This document shows, piece by piece, positions 14,809 to 22,608 of a stretch of 32,000 nt of DNA. The first letter of the stretch is position 1. Every line of letters starts with the position of its first letter. Source of the DNA: Acaryochloris marina MBIC11017. GTDB lineage: Bacteria; Cyanobacteriota; Cyanobacteriia; Thermosynechococcales; Thermosynechococcaceae. The stretch spans positions 2,962 to 34,961 of the forward strand of contig NC_009931.1 in assembly GCF_000018105.1 (NCBI RefSeq), read 5' to 3'. The notes beneath the pieces are model-generated. The model saw only the letters and a program-made list of their open reading frames with translations. It was not told the origin of the DNA and made no database searches. A program made the translations under genes and the position numbers.

Positions 14809-15090
14809 ATGTTTCAATATCAACCGGTGCGGCTCTAAGAGGTGCCGTTAGTTCGTTGTTGCCATAGTGGTCGCAAATTGAAGTTTGCGATGGTCTCCGA
14901 CCGGCCTTAGGCCATCGCATCTCAAGTCTTGATCCACAAATCCTCTGGTCGCCCCTGCTGTCGCTGGCTGTGCAAAGACTGCGGTAAGTCACGGGGAATT
15001 TATCCGACACCAAAATTTCTGATGAATCTGCGAGAGATGGACGAAGGAGGCGAGACGGAGGTGGGCCTGAAGGTCTTGGCCCAAGTTTGA
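14809..15090 (+). pseudogene. Small Cys-rich (zinc-ribbon-like) ORF interrupted by two in-frame stops
   Basis: ATG at 14809 with AGGAGA 8 nt upstream. A single frame reads MFQYQPVRL*EVPLVRCCHSGRKLKFAMVSDRP*AIASQVLIHKSSGRPCCRWLCKDCGKSRGIYPTPKFLMNLREMDEGGETEVGLKVLAQV*. The in-frame stops are TAA 14836-14838 and TAG 14908-14910. It ends 14 nt before the next gene. Confidence 0.3.
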
Positions 15091-15104
15091 TTGGAGAGAA
15101 AGTC

Positions 15105-15572
15105 ATGGCTATCTATTCCGCATCCTACTTCGAGCCTCATAACCATCACGGAGCGCTGGTATCCATTTCGAGATCGCACCCCCGATCCTTCCAGGTCGAT
15201 GATCGGTTGCCCTTCCTGGCTCCGTCCCGGCAATTGCTTGACGATTGGAAGCATCGCCAGCTCACCGAGGCAGGATATACCGACCGATATCGCCAAGAAC
15301 TACAGCAGTCTTGGTCCCAGGTAAATTCTTGGTTAGCCTCAGTAACCCCAGAGGGAGATTGCACACTTCTGTGCTGGGAAAAGGCGGGCGAGTTTTGCCA
15401 TCGAAACTTAGCGATGAAGGTTATTCGCAAGCATCGACCCGATTGCTACGGTGGCCGCGATATTTCCGCTGATCCGGGCCTGAGATGTTCGAAATGCCAG
15501 ACAGTCATTATTCCAGGGTTGGATCAAAGTTTTTGCCCGTGCTGTGGCGAGTGGTTAGCTACACCAATATAA
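15105..15572 (+). CDS. DUF488-like protein with C-terminal zinc-ribbon
   Basis: MAIYSASYFEPHNHHGALVSISRSHP...LAPSRQLLDDWKH...YTDRYRQEL...DCTLLCWEKAGEFCHRNLAMKVI matches the phage/plasmid DUF488 pattern (IYTSSY ... ISIS ... LAPS ... LLCYExxxxFCHR). The tail is CSKCQTVIIPGLDQSFCPCCGEW. ATG at 15105 with GGAGAG upstream. Confidence 0.7.
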   Translation: MAIYSASYFEPHNHHGALVSISRSHPRSFQVDDRLPFLAPSRQLLDDWKHRQLTEAGYTDRYRQELQQSWSQVNSWLASVTPEGDCTLLCWEKAGEFCHRNLAMKVIRKHRPDCYGGRDISADPGLRCSKCQTVIIPGLDQSFCPCCGEWLATPI

Positions 15573-15792
15573 ATACTAGATTCATCTATACCTGGAATAT
15601 CAAGGGCAACCCACGGCAAGAAAGTTGCCCTACTACAACGCATCAGTTTCCGCTAAGTGAAATTTACCACGTTTACCCACAGCTACATTCGGCTCCCCTG
15701 CTGATAGCCGCCACAACAAGATTATGACTTCAACAGGAGGGTGAAATCGTCATCCTTCTGTTTGCTTATCAATAGAAATAGGAGACAGTTCC

Positions 15793-16008
15793 ATGCGCAA
15801 TTTAGTGTATTCGCCTCAGCATTACCTGGTGTACTTCCTCGGAACGCTCAGGAGACAAAACGGCACCCGTCTCAAGGTGTTCTCAACAGTCTCCAGACAG
15901 CATGTTCTGATGATTTCCAAGGACAAATCCGGGAAGTGGAGTAAAGACTTCACCACTGTCAGAATCACGGATTTACACCCCGCTGTCCGATTCAGATTGT
16001 GTTGTTAG
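15793..16008 (+). CDS. Hypothetical small protein (71 aa)
   Basis: ATG at 15793 with AGGAGA 6 nt upstream. No family was recognised. Confidence 0.4.
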   Translation: MRNLVYSPQHYLVYFLGTLRRQNGTRLKVFSTVSRQHVLMISKDKSGKWSKDFTTVRITDLHPAVRFRLCC

Positions 16009-16095
16009 GAGGTGAGGAGTCTGTGTAAACTCAATATTTCCCAGGCTAAACTGCCTCTCAAAGCTGGTGCAAATGAGTTGACTGAGTTACAAATT

Positions 16096-16452
16096 CTATT
16101 CTTGAGGCAGATGGCTTTGAATGACTTCTAATAACTCTGAGAATCGAAAAGGCTTATCAATAAAGCCATCTGCTCCTAATCCCAGAGCGAGATTCTTTTT
16201 CTCGCTATATGCAGTGAGTACAATAATGGGCAGCGTAAAGCCTTGCTGACGAAGGGTTTGGAGCACTGCCCTGCCACTAATGATAGGTAGCCCCAAGTCA
16301 AGTAGAACAAGATCATAGGATTCATGATAAATCTGATTCAAGGCTTGCTCTCCATCTGTAACAAGGGTGGGACAATAGCCATGTTTGAGCAGCCCTTTTT
16401 CGATAAAACTGGCGACACGCTTTTCATCTTCGACCAGGAGAATCCGCTTCAT
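16096..16452 (-). CDS. Stand-alone response-regulator receiver domain (CheY-like)
   Basis: MKRILLVEDEKRV...YDLVLLDLGLPIISG...PIIVLTAY...GADGFIDKPF carries the canonical receiver motifs (DD/E pocket, phospho-Asp in LLDLGLP, T, K). There is no output domain and no adjacent kinase. Confidence 0.9.
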   Translation of the reverse strand: MKRILLVEDEKRVASFIEKGLLKHGYCPTLVTDGEQALNQIYHESYDLVLLDLGLPIISGRAVLQTLRQQGFTLPIIVLTAYSEKKNLALGLGADGFIDKPFRFSELLEVIQSHLPQE

Positions 16453-16790
16453 ATGAATTGGGAGTTATAAGCCCATGCTAATACTCCGATGTTACAGAAG
16501 TCCTGCAATGGATATTCTTTGACGATATCTCAATTTACTACTACGAAAGATTAGAGAATTCTCATCCTCTCTGAGGCACGCCTCTAACCTATACCATGGC
16601 TTACGAATATCACAGAAATCCTGATGAGTTTTTGATCTGTGAAGGGTTCTGGGTTGCGGCCCCTGGCTTTATTCAAAACAAAGTACATCGACCGAATTAC
16701 TTTGAACAGACCTGGCAAGAGGCGACCGGGAAGGTTAAGCAGCTCTCGCTAGTTTGAACGACTTGAAAAATAATATTTGGAGGGTTTCTG

Positions 16791-17376
16791 ATGGTAGTAC
16801 CCAGAGTCCTAAACGACTTCTATCCCACTCCAGCCACCGTTACAGAAAAGCTCCATAACTCAGTCTTCATCAGTGGGAATGTCTTTGAGCCATGTGTGGG
16901 CAATAATGCAGTCACTGATGTTCTAAACCAATGTCTAGGTATCACCGCTATAGAGTCTGATCTACGCTGAGATATTCCGGAATGACACACTACGAATGAT
17001 GCAACCCATTCAAGGTTCTGGAAGGAGTGGGGTAAGTCTGAATTGTTAGTAAGTGACTAAGCCGCCTTTTAGCACGGTGGAGAAAATACTACCTCTGGCC
17101 TATGAAAATGCCGATGTTGGTGTTGCTTTTCTGTCGCGCTTCAGCTAGATGGAACTCTTTAACAGTCGAGCGAAGTGGATGGAAGACTATACAGATCATT
17201 TGCAGACAATCATCGTGGTCAGATCCTGCGTCAAATTCCGCACTAACATCAATGGATCTGATTCTGTGACCTGTGCCTGGTTTGTGTGGCAAAAGAATTG
17301 GAGCTGGAAAAAGTTAGGCGTAGATTGTCCATTTCAAATTTTTACGAAATTGGAGGAATTGAACGATGGAAAATAG
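16791..17376 (+). pseudogene. Decayed SAM-dependent DNA methyltransferase
   Basis: ATG at 16791 with a GGAGGG RBS. MVVPRVLNDFYPTPATVTEKLHNSVFISGNVFEPCVGNNAVTDVL shows DFYPTP plus a motif I-like region. In-frame TGA stops follow at 16968 and 16983, then a TAA at 17058. A +1 shift then reaches VTKPPFS (motif IV-like NPPF) from 17053. An in-frame TAG follows at 17146, and the C-terminal piece 17149-17376 contains CAWFVWQK. Confidence 0.65.
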
Positions 17377-18136
17377 CGAAATTGAGTGGACGAACCACAC
17401 GTTCAATCCCTGGATCGGCTTTTCACACTACAGCCCTGGCTATGTAAATTGTTATGCTGAGACGCAGATGGATAAGCGGTATGATCGCGTGAAGTGGGGG
17501 GTTGTGGGCACTAGAACACGTACCTCAGAATCTTACTGGAAGCTGCCCTATAAGTGGAATCGCAAGGCCGCTGAGCGAGGGGGCACTGAAACGGTATTCT
17601 GTGGTTCTTTGGCTGATGTGTTTGAAGATAGAGATGATCTGATTGATTGGCGATTGGATCTGTTTGATACCGTCATCGATAAAACCCCGAATCTAACTTG
17701 GCTGCTACTCACCAAACGGATTGATATGGCTGTCCTTTTCCTGACTTGGGTGCGAGTCCCTCCTAATGTTTGGCTGGGTCACAGCATCTGCACCCAGCGA
17801 GAAAGCGATGTTGTCATTCCCAAGCTGGCAAAGCTCCAGCATAAAGTAGGCGGCATTTTCCTAAGTTGTGAACCCTTGCTTGAACCCTTGGACCTGGGTG
17901 CCCTTCCCGTGAATTGGGTAATTATTGGAGGTGGCTCTGGCCCTAGTGCTCGGCCTTGTGATGTGGCTTGGGTTCGCTCGATTCGAGACCAATGTAAATC
18001 AGTAGATGTCCCTGTGCTTATCAAGCAGCTCGGCAGCAATCCCGTAGGGGTTCCCAAGCTTCGTTCTGCGAAGGGTGGAGACATTCTGGAATGGCCCAAG
18101 GATCTTCGAGTGTGGGAATTCCCGGAGTTTGGTTGA
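17366..18136 (+). CDS. DUF5131 (phage Gp37/Gp68) family protein
   Basis: MENSEIEWTNHTFNPWIGFSHYSPGYVNCYAE...FCGSLADVFED...WLLLTKR matches the IEWTDxTWNPxxGC...GCxNCYA ... LTKR pattern. It overlaps the methyltransferase remnant by 11 nt. Confidence 0.85.
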   Translation: MENSEIEWTNHTFNPWIGFSHYSPGYVNCYAETQMDKRYDRVKWGVVGTRTRTSESYWKLPYKWNRKAAERGGTETVFCGSLADVFEDRDDLIDWRLDLFDTVIDKTPNLTWLLLTKRIDMAVLFLTWVRVPPNVWLGHSICTQRESDVVIPKLAKLQHKVGGIFLSCEPLLEPLDLGALPVNWVIIGGGSGPSARPCDVAWVRSIRDQCKSVDVPVLIKQLGSNPVGVPKLRSAKGGDILEWPKDLRVWEFPEFG

Positions 18137-18151
18137 TGGAGGTGTCGGTGG

Positions 18152-18556
18152 ATGAAGAGAGAGTACATTCAGGGCTGGCGAGTTGGCATCACGGATCATC
18201 CTGGTAGGCGGGAACTTGAGATTGAGGGACCGGGGGAGCTGCATATCGTGATTCGGAAGTTCAAAACTTCTAACTTTTACCAAGAGAACTACATCGGCTA
18301 TATGGAAGATGGGAGTTTTGATGAAGTCCTGATCTGCACCTATATCTGTCCAGGAGGAACCAGTCTCTACCAAGAAGATGTCTGGCAGCAAAATAGTGAT
18401 ATCAACTTTGAAATCTTCTACCTGAGTGAACCCGCACATGCCTATTTGTATATTGGCTGTGCCCACTGGTTTATTCCAGTGGCGTTTGCGGAGAGACTAT
18501 TCAGCGTATTCCAGACGGGCAAGGCCAATGCTTGTCCAGGTTGGACAGCGGATTAG
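18152..18556 (+). CDS. Hypothetical protein (134 aa)
   Basis: ORF starting 15 nt after the previous gene, with GGAGG upstream. No family was recognised. Confidence 0.6.
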   Translation: MKREYIQGWRVGITDHPGRRELEIEGPGELHIVIRKFKTSNFYQENYIGYMEDGSFDEVLICTYICPGGTSLYQEDVWQQNSDINFEIFYLSEPAHAYLYIGCAHWFIPVAFAERLFSVFQTGKANACPGWTAD

Positions 18557-18708
18557 CGAGGTTCTTCACTTTCCTCTATCTGGTGTCTTTTGAGAAATGA
18601 TTCAGCACCTGCGCTCCCTCAATGCTCAAATCCAAAACATTATTCAAAATAGAAGTAAGGATATCAATTCAGGCTAATGTATCTTCCCAAGATTTAGAGG
18701 AGAGAGCC

Positions 18709-19194
18709 ATGAGCGAGTATGGCGATTTTAGTAATCATATTCCTACACCCCAGCTTGACCCTCTGCGTGTGGGAGAAGTCATGGGTTCGGATGCATTCTC
18801 CGTGGGAGATTGGGCGTTACTCAGAACCTGGGAGAATAAACCTGTTAAGGTTACGAGTCTTCACCAAGACCTTATTTTCGTGGATCGAGGGAGAGGAGAG
18901 AGTCTTGAGGGTACCCTCGCGAATCATTATCCAGCAGAGCTGGGTTACCCCTTGGATCATCGGTTTTGGAGTCTGCATCAGAAGAAAAGTTATCTACGAT
19001 GTCATTTTGACCGCAGGCTTCTCAAACGATGGGAGAAAACTTCTAGAGTTTTCGATCACTTCTCTGATGTCCTCAAAGCTTTCCTTATAGGAGCGATGGT
19101 TAGTATATTTGCTCTGATGATTTTTGGGTTTTGGTTGTATTACAAGGTATCCGGTCGGTTTAGTACTGCAATCAATAGTTCATCCAATCCATAA
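18709..19194 (+). CDS. Hypothetical protein with a C-terminal transmembrane helix (161 aa)
   Basis: ATG at 18709 preceded by GAGGAGAGAG. The C-terminal stretch AFLIGAMVSIFALMIFGFWLYY is hydrophobic. The tracked start at 18622 is less likely. Confidence 0.6.
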   Translation: MSEYGDFSNHIPTPQLDPLRVGEVMGSDAFSVGDWALLRTWENKPVKVTSLHQDLIFVDRGRGESLEGTLANHYPAELGYPLDHRFWSLHQKKSYLRCHFDRRLLKRWEKTSRVFDHFSDVLKAFLIGAMVSIFALMIFGFWLYYKVSGRFSTAINSSSNP

Positions 19195-19329
19195 CCCCAT
19201 CCCCATCGTGAGCAAGTCTGATTGCTCCACTTTGTCCGAAAGCCAGAATTCGGGTCTTCGTTCACAATGGGGATATAGACCTGATGCCAGATCAGCGCAT
19301 CCTCTTGAAACCGCTGAGGGGGTCAACAC

Positions 19330-19800
19330 ATGCCAACCTATGATTTTGAGCAGCAGTTTGAGATCGGGACTCATCATGAACAAACCCTCGATGAGTATTT
19401 TCAGCAGTACTTCTGGATTGAATCCACATCTCGTCAGGAGCAGCGACAGGGGATAGACCGCTGGTTTCAAGCACCCGATGGGTCATGGATGTCGGTCGAG
19501 TATAAAGCGGATAAGACAGCGGGCAGGACGGGCAATGCATTCATCGAAACGATCAGCGTAGATGTCAGAGCGGTTCAGGGCTGGGCCTATTCGTCCGAGG
19601 CCGATGTGTTGGCCTATTATGTTCCCCCTCGCCATACCGTTTGGCTGATCTGCTTTGTAGAGTTGAGGCAATATCTAGCTGAGTGGCACCAGCGTTATCC
19701 TATCCGTCAGATACCCAATCACGGTTATTGCACTGAGGGTCTTCTAGTCCCCCTGGTCTTATTGAGCAATATTGCGTTTGAAGTTTGTCATGTGACGTGA
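19330..19800 (+). CDS. Hypothetical protein, possible PD-(D/E)XK-fold nuclease
   Basis: ORF with a GAGGG RBS. GIDRWFQAPDGSWMSVEYKADK gives a D ... ExK arrangement compatible with the restriction-endonuclease-like fold. The assignment rests on this motif only. Confidence 0.55.
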   Translation: MPTYDFEQQFEIGTHHEQTLDEYFQQYFWIESTSRQEQRQGIDRWFQAPDGSWMSVEYKADKTAGRTGNAFIETISVDVRAVQGWAYSSEADVLAYYVPPRHTVWLICFVELRQYLAEWHQRYPIRQIPNHGYCTEGLLVPLVLLSNIAFEVCHVT

Positions 19801-20064
19801 AACGAGTTTTTGGGGATCTGGTTGGTCGTAAGCGGGCTTCCAGCCTAGAAGGGCAGTCGCTGCATCCAAGTATTCATCACAACTTAGTCGTTGCCCAACC
19901 CCCATCAGGAACACCTGAGATATCGAGCAGTCATAGGTAGATAATTGGTTTGCTTATGATGACATTTCTACTCACCCTCTGCGCTTAATTTATTGAGACA
20001 TATAGATTAGTGGCTTTTGGGGGATGAATGCAGATGAAAAGTATCTCCTTCATAAGGCAAGCTA

Positions 20065-20706
20065 GTGGCAGTATTACCAGGCATAACAACATCTTCTTCC
20101 GTCAATGGGAGTCAGGTACTCGAAAAAGTCTATCAGGGTCGCCAGACCTATGAATTTCGAGAAGGCTTCAATATTCCGTTACATCCGCATGATGTGTGGA
20201 TTGTTTGTCGAGGGGTGGTGCAATTAAATACTTTTCATGGTGATGGGAATGAAGCCATTCTTGGGTTAGTGTATCCAGACATGCCCTTTGGTGTCCCCCT
20301 AACCCAAGTCGATCCATATGAAGCAATTGGATTGACGAATGTCGTATTGATGCGGGTCAGTCAGCAAGAAATAGAACGGTCTCTACATTTATCTCAATGG
20401 ATGCTGGTTCAGTTACAGAAGCGTCTACAACAGACAGAAGCCTTCCTTGCCCTGAACAGTCAACGTCGCGTTGGAGACCGTCTCCAGCAATTGCTGCTGT
20501 TGTTGACAAAGGACGTGGGGGAGGTAATACCGGAAGGAATGCGCCTCAAGGTGCGATTCACTCATCAACAACTCGCAGAGCTAGTGGGAACGACCCGAAT
20601 CTCAGTCACTCGAATTCTCGGATCATTCCGCAAAGAAGGTTGGTTATCCATCGATGGGACTCGTCACTTTGTCATCCACGAATCTTCCGTTGTGGATCTC
20701 CAGTAA
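20065..20706 (+). CDS. Crp/Fnr-family transcriptional regulator
   Basis: It has an N-terminal cNMP-binding-like beta-roll region and a C-terminal HTH (FTHQQLAELVGTTRISVTRILGSFRKEGWL). The start is a GTG at 20065, and there is no in-frame ATG nearby. Confidence 0.85.
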   Translation: MAVLPGITTSSSVNGSQVLEKVYQGRQTYEFREGFNIPLHPHDVWIVCRGVVQLNTFHGDGNEAILGLVYPDMPFGVPLTQVDPYEAIGLTNVVLMRVSQQEIERSLHLSQWMLVQLQKRLQQTEAFLALNSQRRVGDRLQQLLLLLTKDVGEVIPEGMRLKVRFTHQQLAELVGTTRISVTRILGSFRKEGWLSIDGTRHFVIHESSVVDLQ

Positions 20707-21024
20707 TGCTTTGCATCTGCACACTAATCATTAGCTCTGCCTAGTCTCCCTCCCCCCAACGATCAGAAACCCTAATCCTCCAATCCTTGTAGCACCAGAG
20801 CATCCACGCTACCCTAGTGACTAGGCAGTGGGACTCCCCCACCCAGAGTTTTTTCTCCAAATCCACCTCACCACGACTCCCCATCGAGCCTGATTTTTGC
20901 TGAGGGTATATTCTCACGCGAGGTCAAAACAACCACTTGCGTTTTCTCAATATCCACATGCCCGACTCGCTTACACATGCCAGTCGTGCCCTATCCACTA
21001 TTCATTATTCAAAGGACAACACTC

Positions 21025-21705
21025 ATGAAATTGATTACTTCTATCAAACTCCAGCAAGCCGATCACACCGAGGTCATCGACAGTGCTGCTACCCAAGTGG
21101 GCCTAGCTGCAAACAAAGCCTTCCTGTTCGTCGTCCGCAAGGAAATCCAAGGCTGGAAAAACTTCACTGCCCTCTGCTCCTGGTGCCTGTCCAAAGTGAG
21201 CCAGAAGCATGGACCCATCTTTGAGGAGGTCAAAGAGCGTGCTGTAGCTGTCTACCGCAAGGGCTGTCAGCAAGAGACAGCCTTTGTCCAAGCGCTTATC
21301 AAGTCCCAGATCACGGATCGGCTTGATGCTCACTGGAAGCTTCACGATCAGGCTATCGATTGGTTCAAGGACCAGACCCAGGCATTCCTGGCCGACAGCC
21401 CGGTCGAGGATACTTCTGAGGTCGAGGTTGAGGATCTATCTCCTGACAGTTCGGAAGACCTGGAGGAGATTGCACCTGTGGATGAGGGTGAGGAGCCTTC
21501 TATGACTATCTTGGATGAGGCTCCGGTCCCGGTCCTTGGTCCGCCTGTTGATCCTGACCCACTGGATGATGAGTTGACCGTTCCTCAAGACCCGACTCCT
21601 GTTGTGGCTAGTGGTGGAGGAAAGCGTCGGACTAGGAACAAGTCCAAGAGAACACCGCTTGGTGCCATGATGCTTAGCCAAGCCAAAACAGGAAAACCTA
21701 GTTAG
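21025..21705 (+). CDS. Hypothetical protein with an acidic, Pro-rich, probably disordered C-terminal half
   Basis: ATG at 21025 with AAGGA upstream. The tail reads ...SPVEDTSEVEVEDLSPDSSEDLEEIAPVDEGEEPS...GGGKRRTRNKSKR. It lies directly upstream of parA. Confidence 0.65.
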   Translation: MKLITSIKLQQADHTEVIDSAATQVGLAANKAFLFVVRKEIQGWKNFTALCSWCLSKVSQKHGPIFEEVKERAVAVYRKGCQQETAFVQALIKSQITDRLDAHWKLHDQAIDWFKDQTQAFLADSPVEDTSEVEVEDLSPDSSEDLEEIAPVDEGEEPSMTILDEAPVPVLGPPVDPDPLDDELTVPQDPTPVVASGGGKRRTRNKSKRTPLGAMMLSQAKTGKPS

Positions 21706-21879
21706 ATATCTGGCGTACCTGGCTCCTGGGGAGACCTGGGAGCTGGTTAGTTGGTGCAGACTAAATTTCTACAAATATTTTTAGTTTTATTAAGGGATTA
21801 ATAGAAAAGAGGATGGTGTAATTTGCTTTGACCTAATCTATCATTGACAGGAATGTACAATGACTCTTCTACAAAAGAT

Positions 21880-22608
21880 ATGACTGTTAGTCGAATTGCT
21901 GTTGCTGGTCGTAAAGGAGGTGTAGGAAAAACAACAATTGCCTGTGGAATTGCATCGATTCTAGCTAGTATGCAGCAAAGAGTACTAGTTATTGATATGG
22001 ATCCCCAATCGAATGCTGCTTATGTGCTTGGAGTTGATCCAACAAAGCCTGGAACCGCGTCTCTGCTGGTTGGTGATCATCTAGAACCCTTGAAAGTGGG
22101 TGATTACCTATGGGTATTACCAGGTGGCCCTGAACTCATGAATCATAATATTCAATCCTGTGATCAAGAAGAGCTTGCTGATGCAGTTTTTGGTATGGAT
22201 TATGATGTCGTTGTTTTTGACTGCCCTCCTGGGAATGAACATTTAGAAAGACTTGCAATAAAAGCTGCTGATACGGTGCTCATAGTTTCTGATGCACATC
22301 CACTTGCATTAGTTGGAGCGAGTCGTGTAATTAAAGAATTGAAGCTAAATAGTCAAAAAGGTAGAAAAGGAGCTTCAAGGTGGGCGATTATTCAATCAAA
22401 AATTGATGCACGTCGAGCCATGGATCGTACTTTTGATTCTGATCTGGCAGAGTCATTTCCAAATTTACAACGGTTTGTTGTTCGCCAAGACACACAGTTA
22501 TCCCTTGCTGCTGCAGACCAAATCCCACTCATGACTTACGATGCTAAGTGCCGTGGAGCCCAAGATTTGATAGTTGTTGCACAGTGGGGACTCAATGGCT
22601 CAGCGTAA
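21880..22608 (+). CDS. parA: ParA-family partition ATPase (short, type Ib-like)
   Basis: A deviant Walker A motif (AVAGRKGGVGKTT) comes right after the ATG at 21880, followed by VLVIDMDPQSNA. Alternative upstream starts are 21853 (ATG) and 21844 (TTG). Confidence 0.9.
   Translation: MTVSRIAVAGRKGGVGKTTIACGIASILASMQQRVLVIDMDPQSNAAYVLGVDPTKPGTASLLVGDHLEPLKVGDYLWVLPGGPELMNHNIQSCDQEELADAVFGMDYDVVVFDCPPGNEHLERLAIKAADTVLIVSDAHPLALVGASRVIKELKLNSQKGRKGASRWAIIQSKIDARRAMDRTFDSDLAESFPNLQRFVVRQDTQLSLAAADQIPLMTYDAKCRGAQDLIVVAQWGLNGSA

Noticed and set aside
14807-15296. Two overlapping minus-strand ORFs (99 and 98 aa).
   Set aside because: They are antisense to the RBS-preceded plus-strand frame and to the start of the DUF488-like gene. 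They are Arg/Ser/Pro-rich, typical of antisense frames in GC-richer DNA.
16596-16757. A 53-codon ORF (MAYEYHRNPDEFLICEGFWVAAPGF...).
   Set aside because: There is no RBS and no recognisable family, and it is short. It is not supportable as a gene from sequence alone.
20737-20828. A 10-bp inverted repeat CTGCCTAGTC / GACTAGGCAG, 72 nt apart, lies downstream of the Crp-family gene.
   Set aside because: About three such 10-bp inverted repeats within 100 bp are expected by chance in this window, and there are no supporting features.
14040-21844. The 10-mer AATCTATCAT occurs three times (14040, 14801, 21835), each just upstream of a gene start, so it might be a global operator.
   Set aside because: For 32 kb, several triple 10-mers are expected by chance, especially in AT-rich sequence. 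Only the 14028/14786 pair shows extended similarity, and that pair is reported separately.
21767-21875. TTCTACAAA occurs twice exactly 100 bp apart around the parA start, a possible centromere repeat.
   Set aside because: Repeated 9-mers are abundant by chance in 32 kb, and no additional copies or extended similarity were seen.
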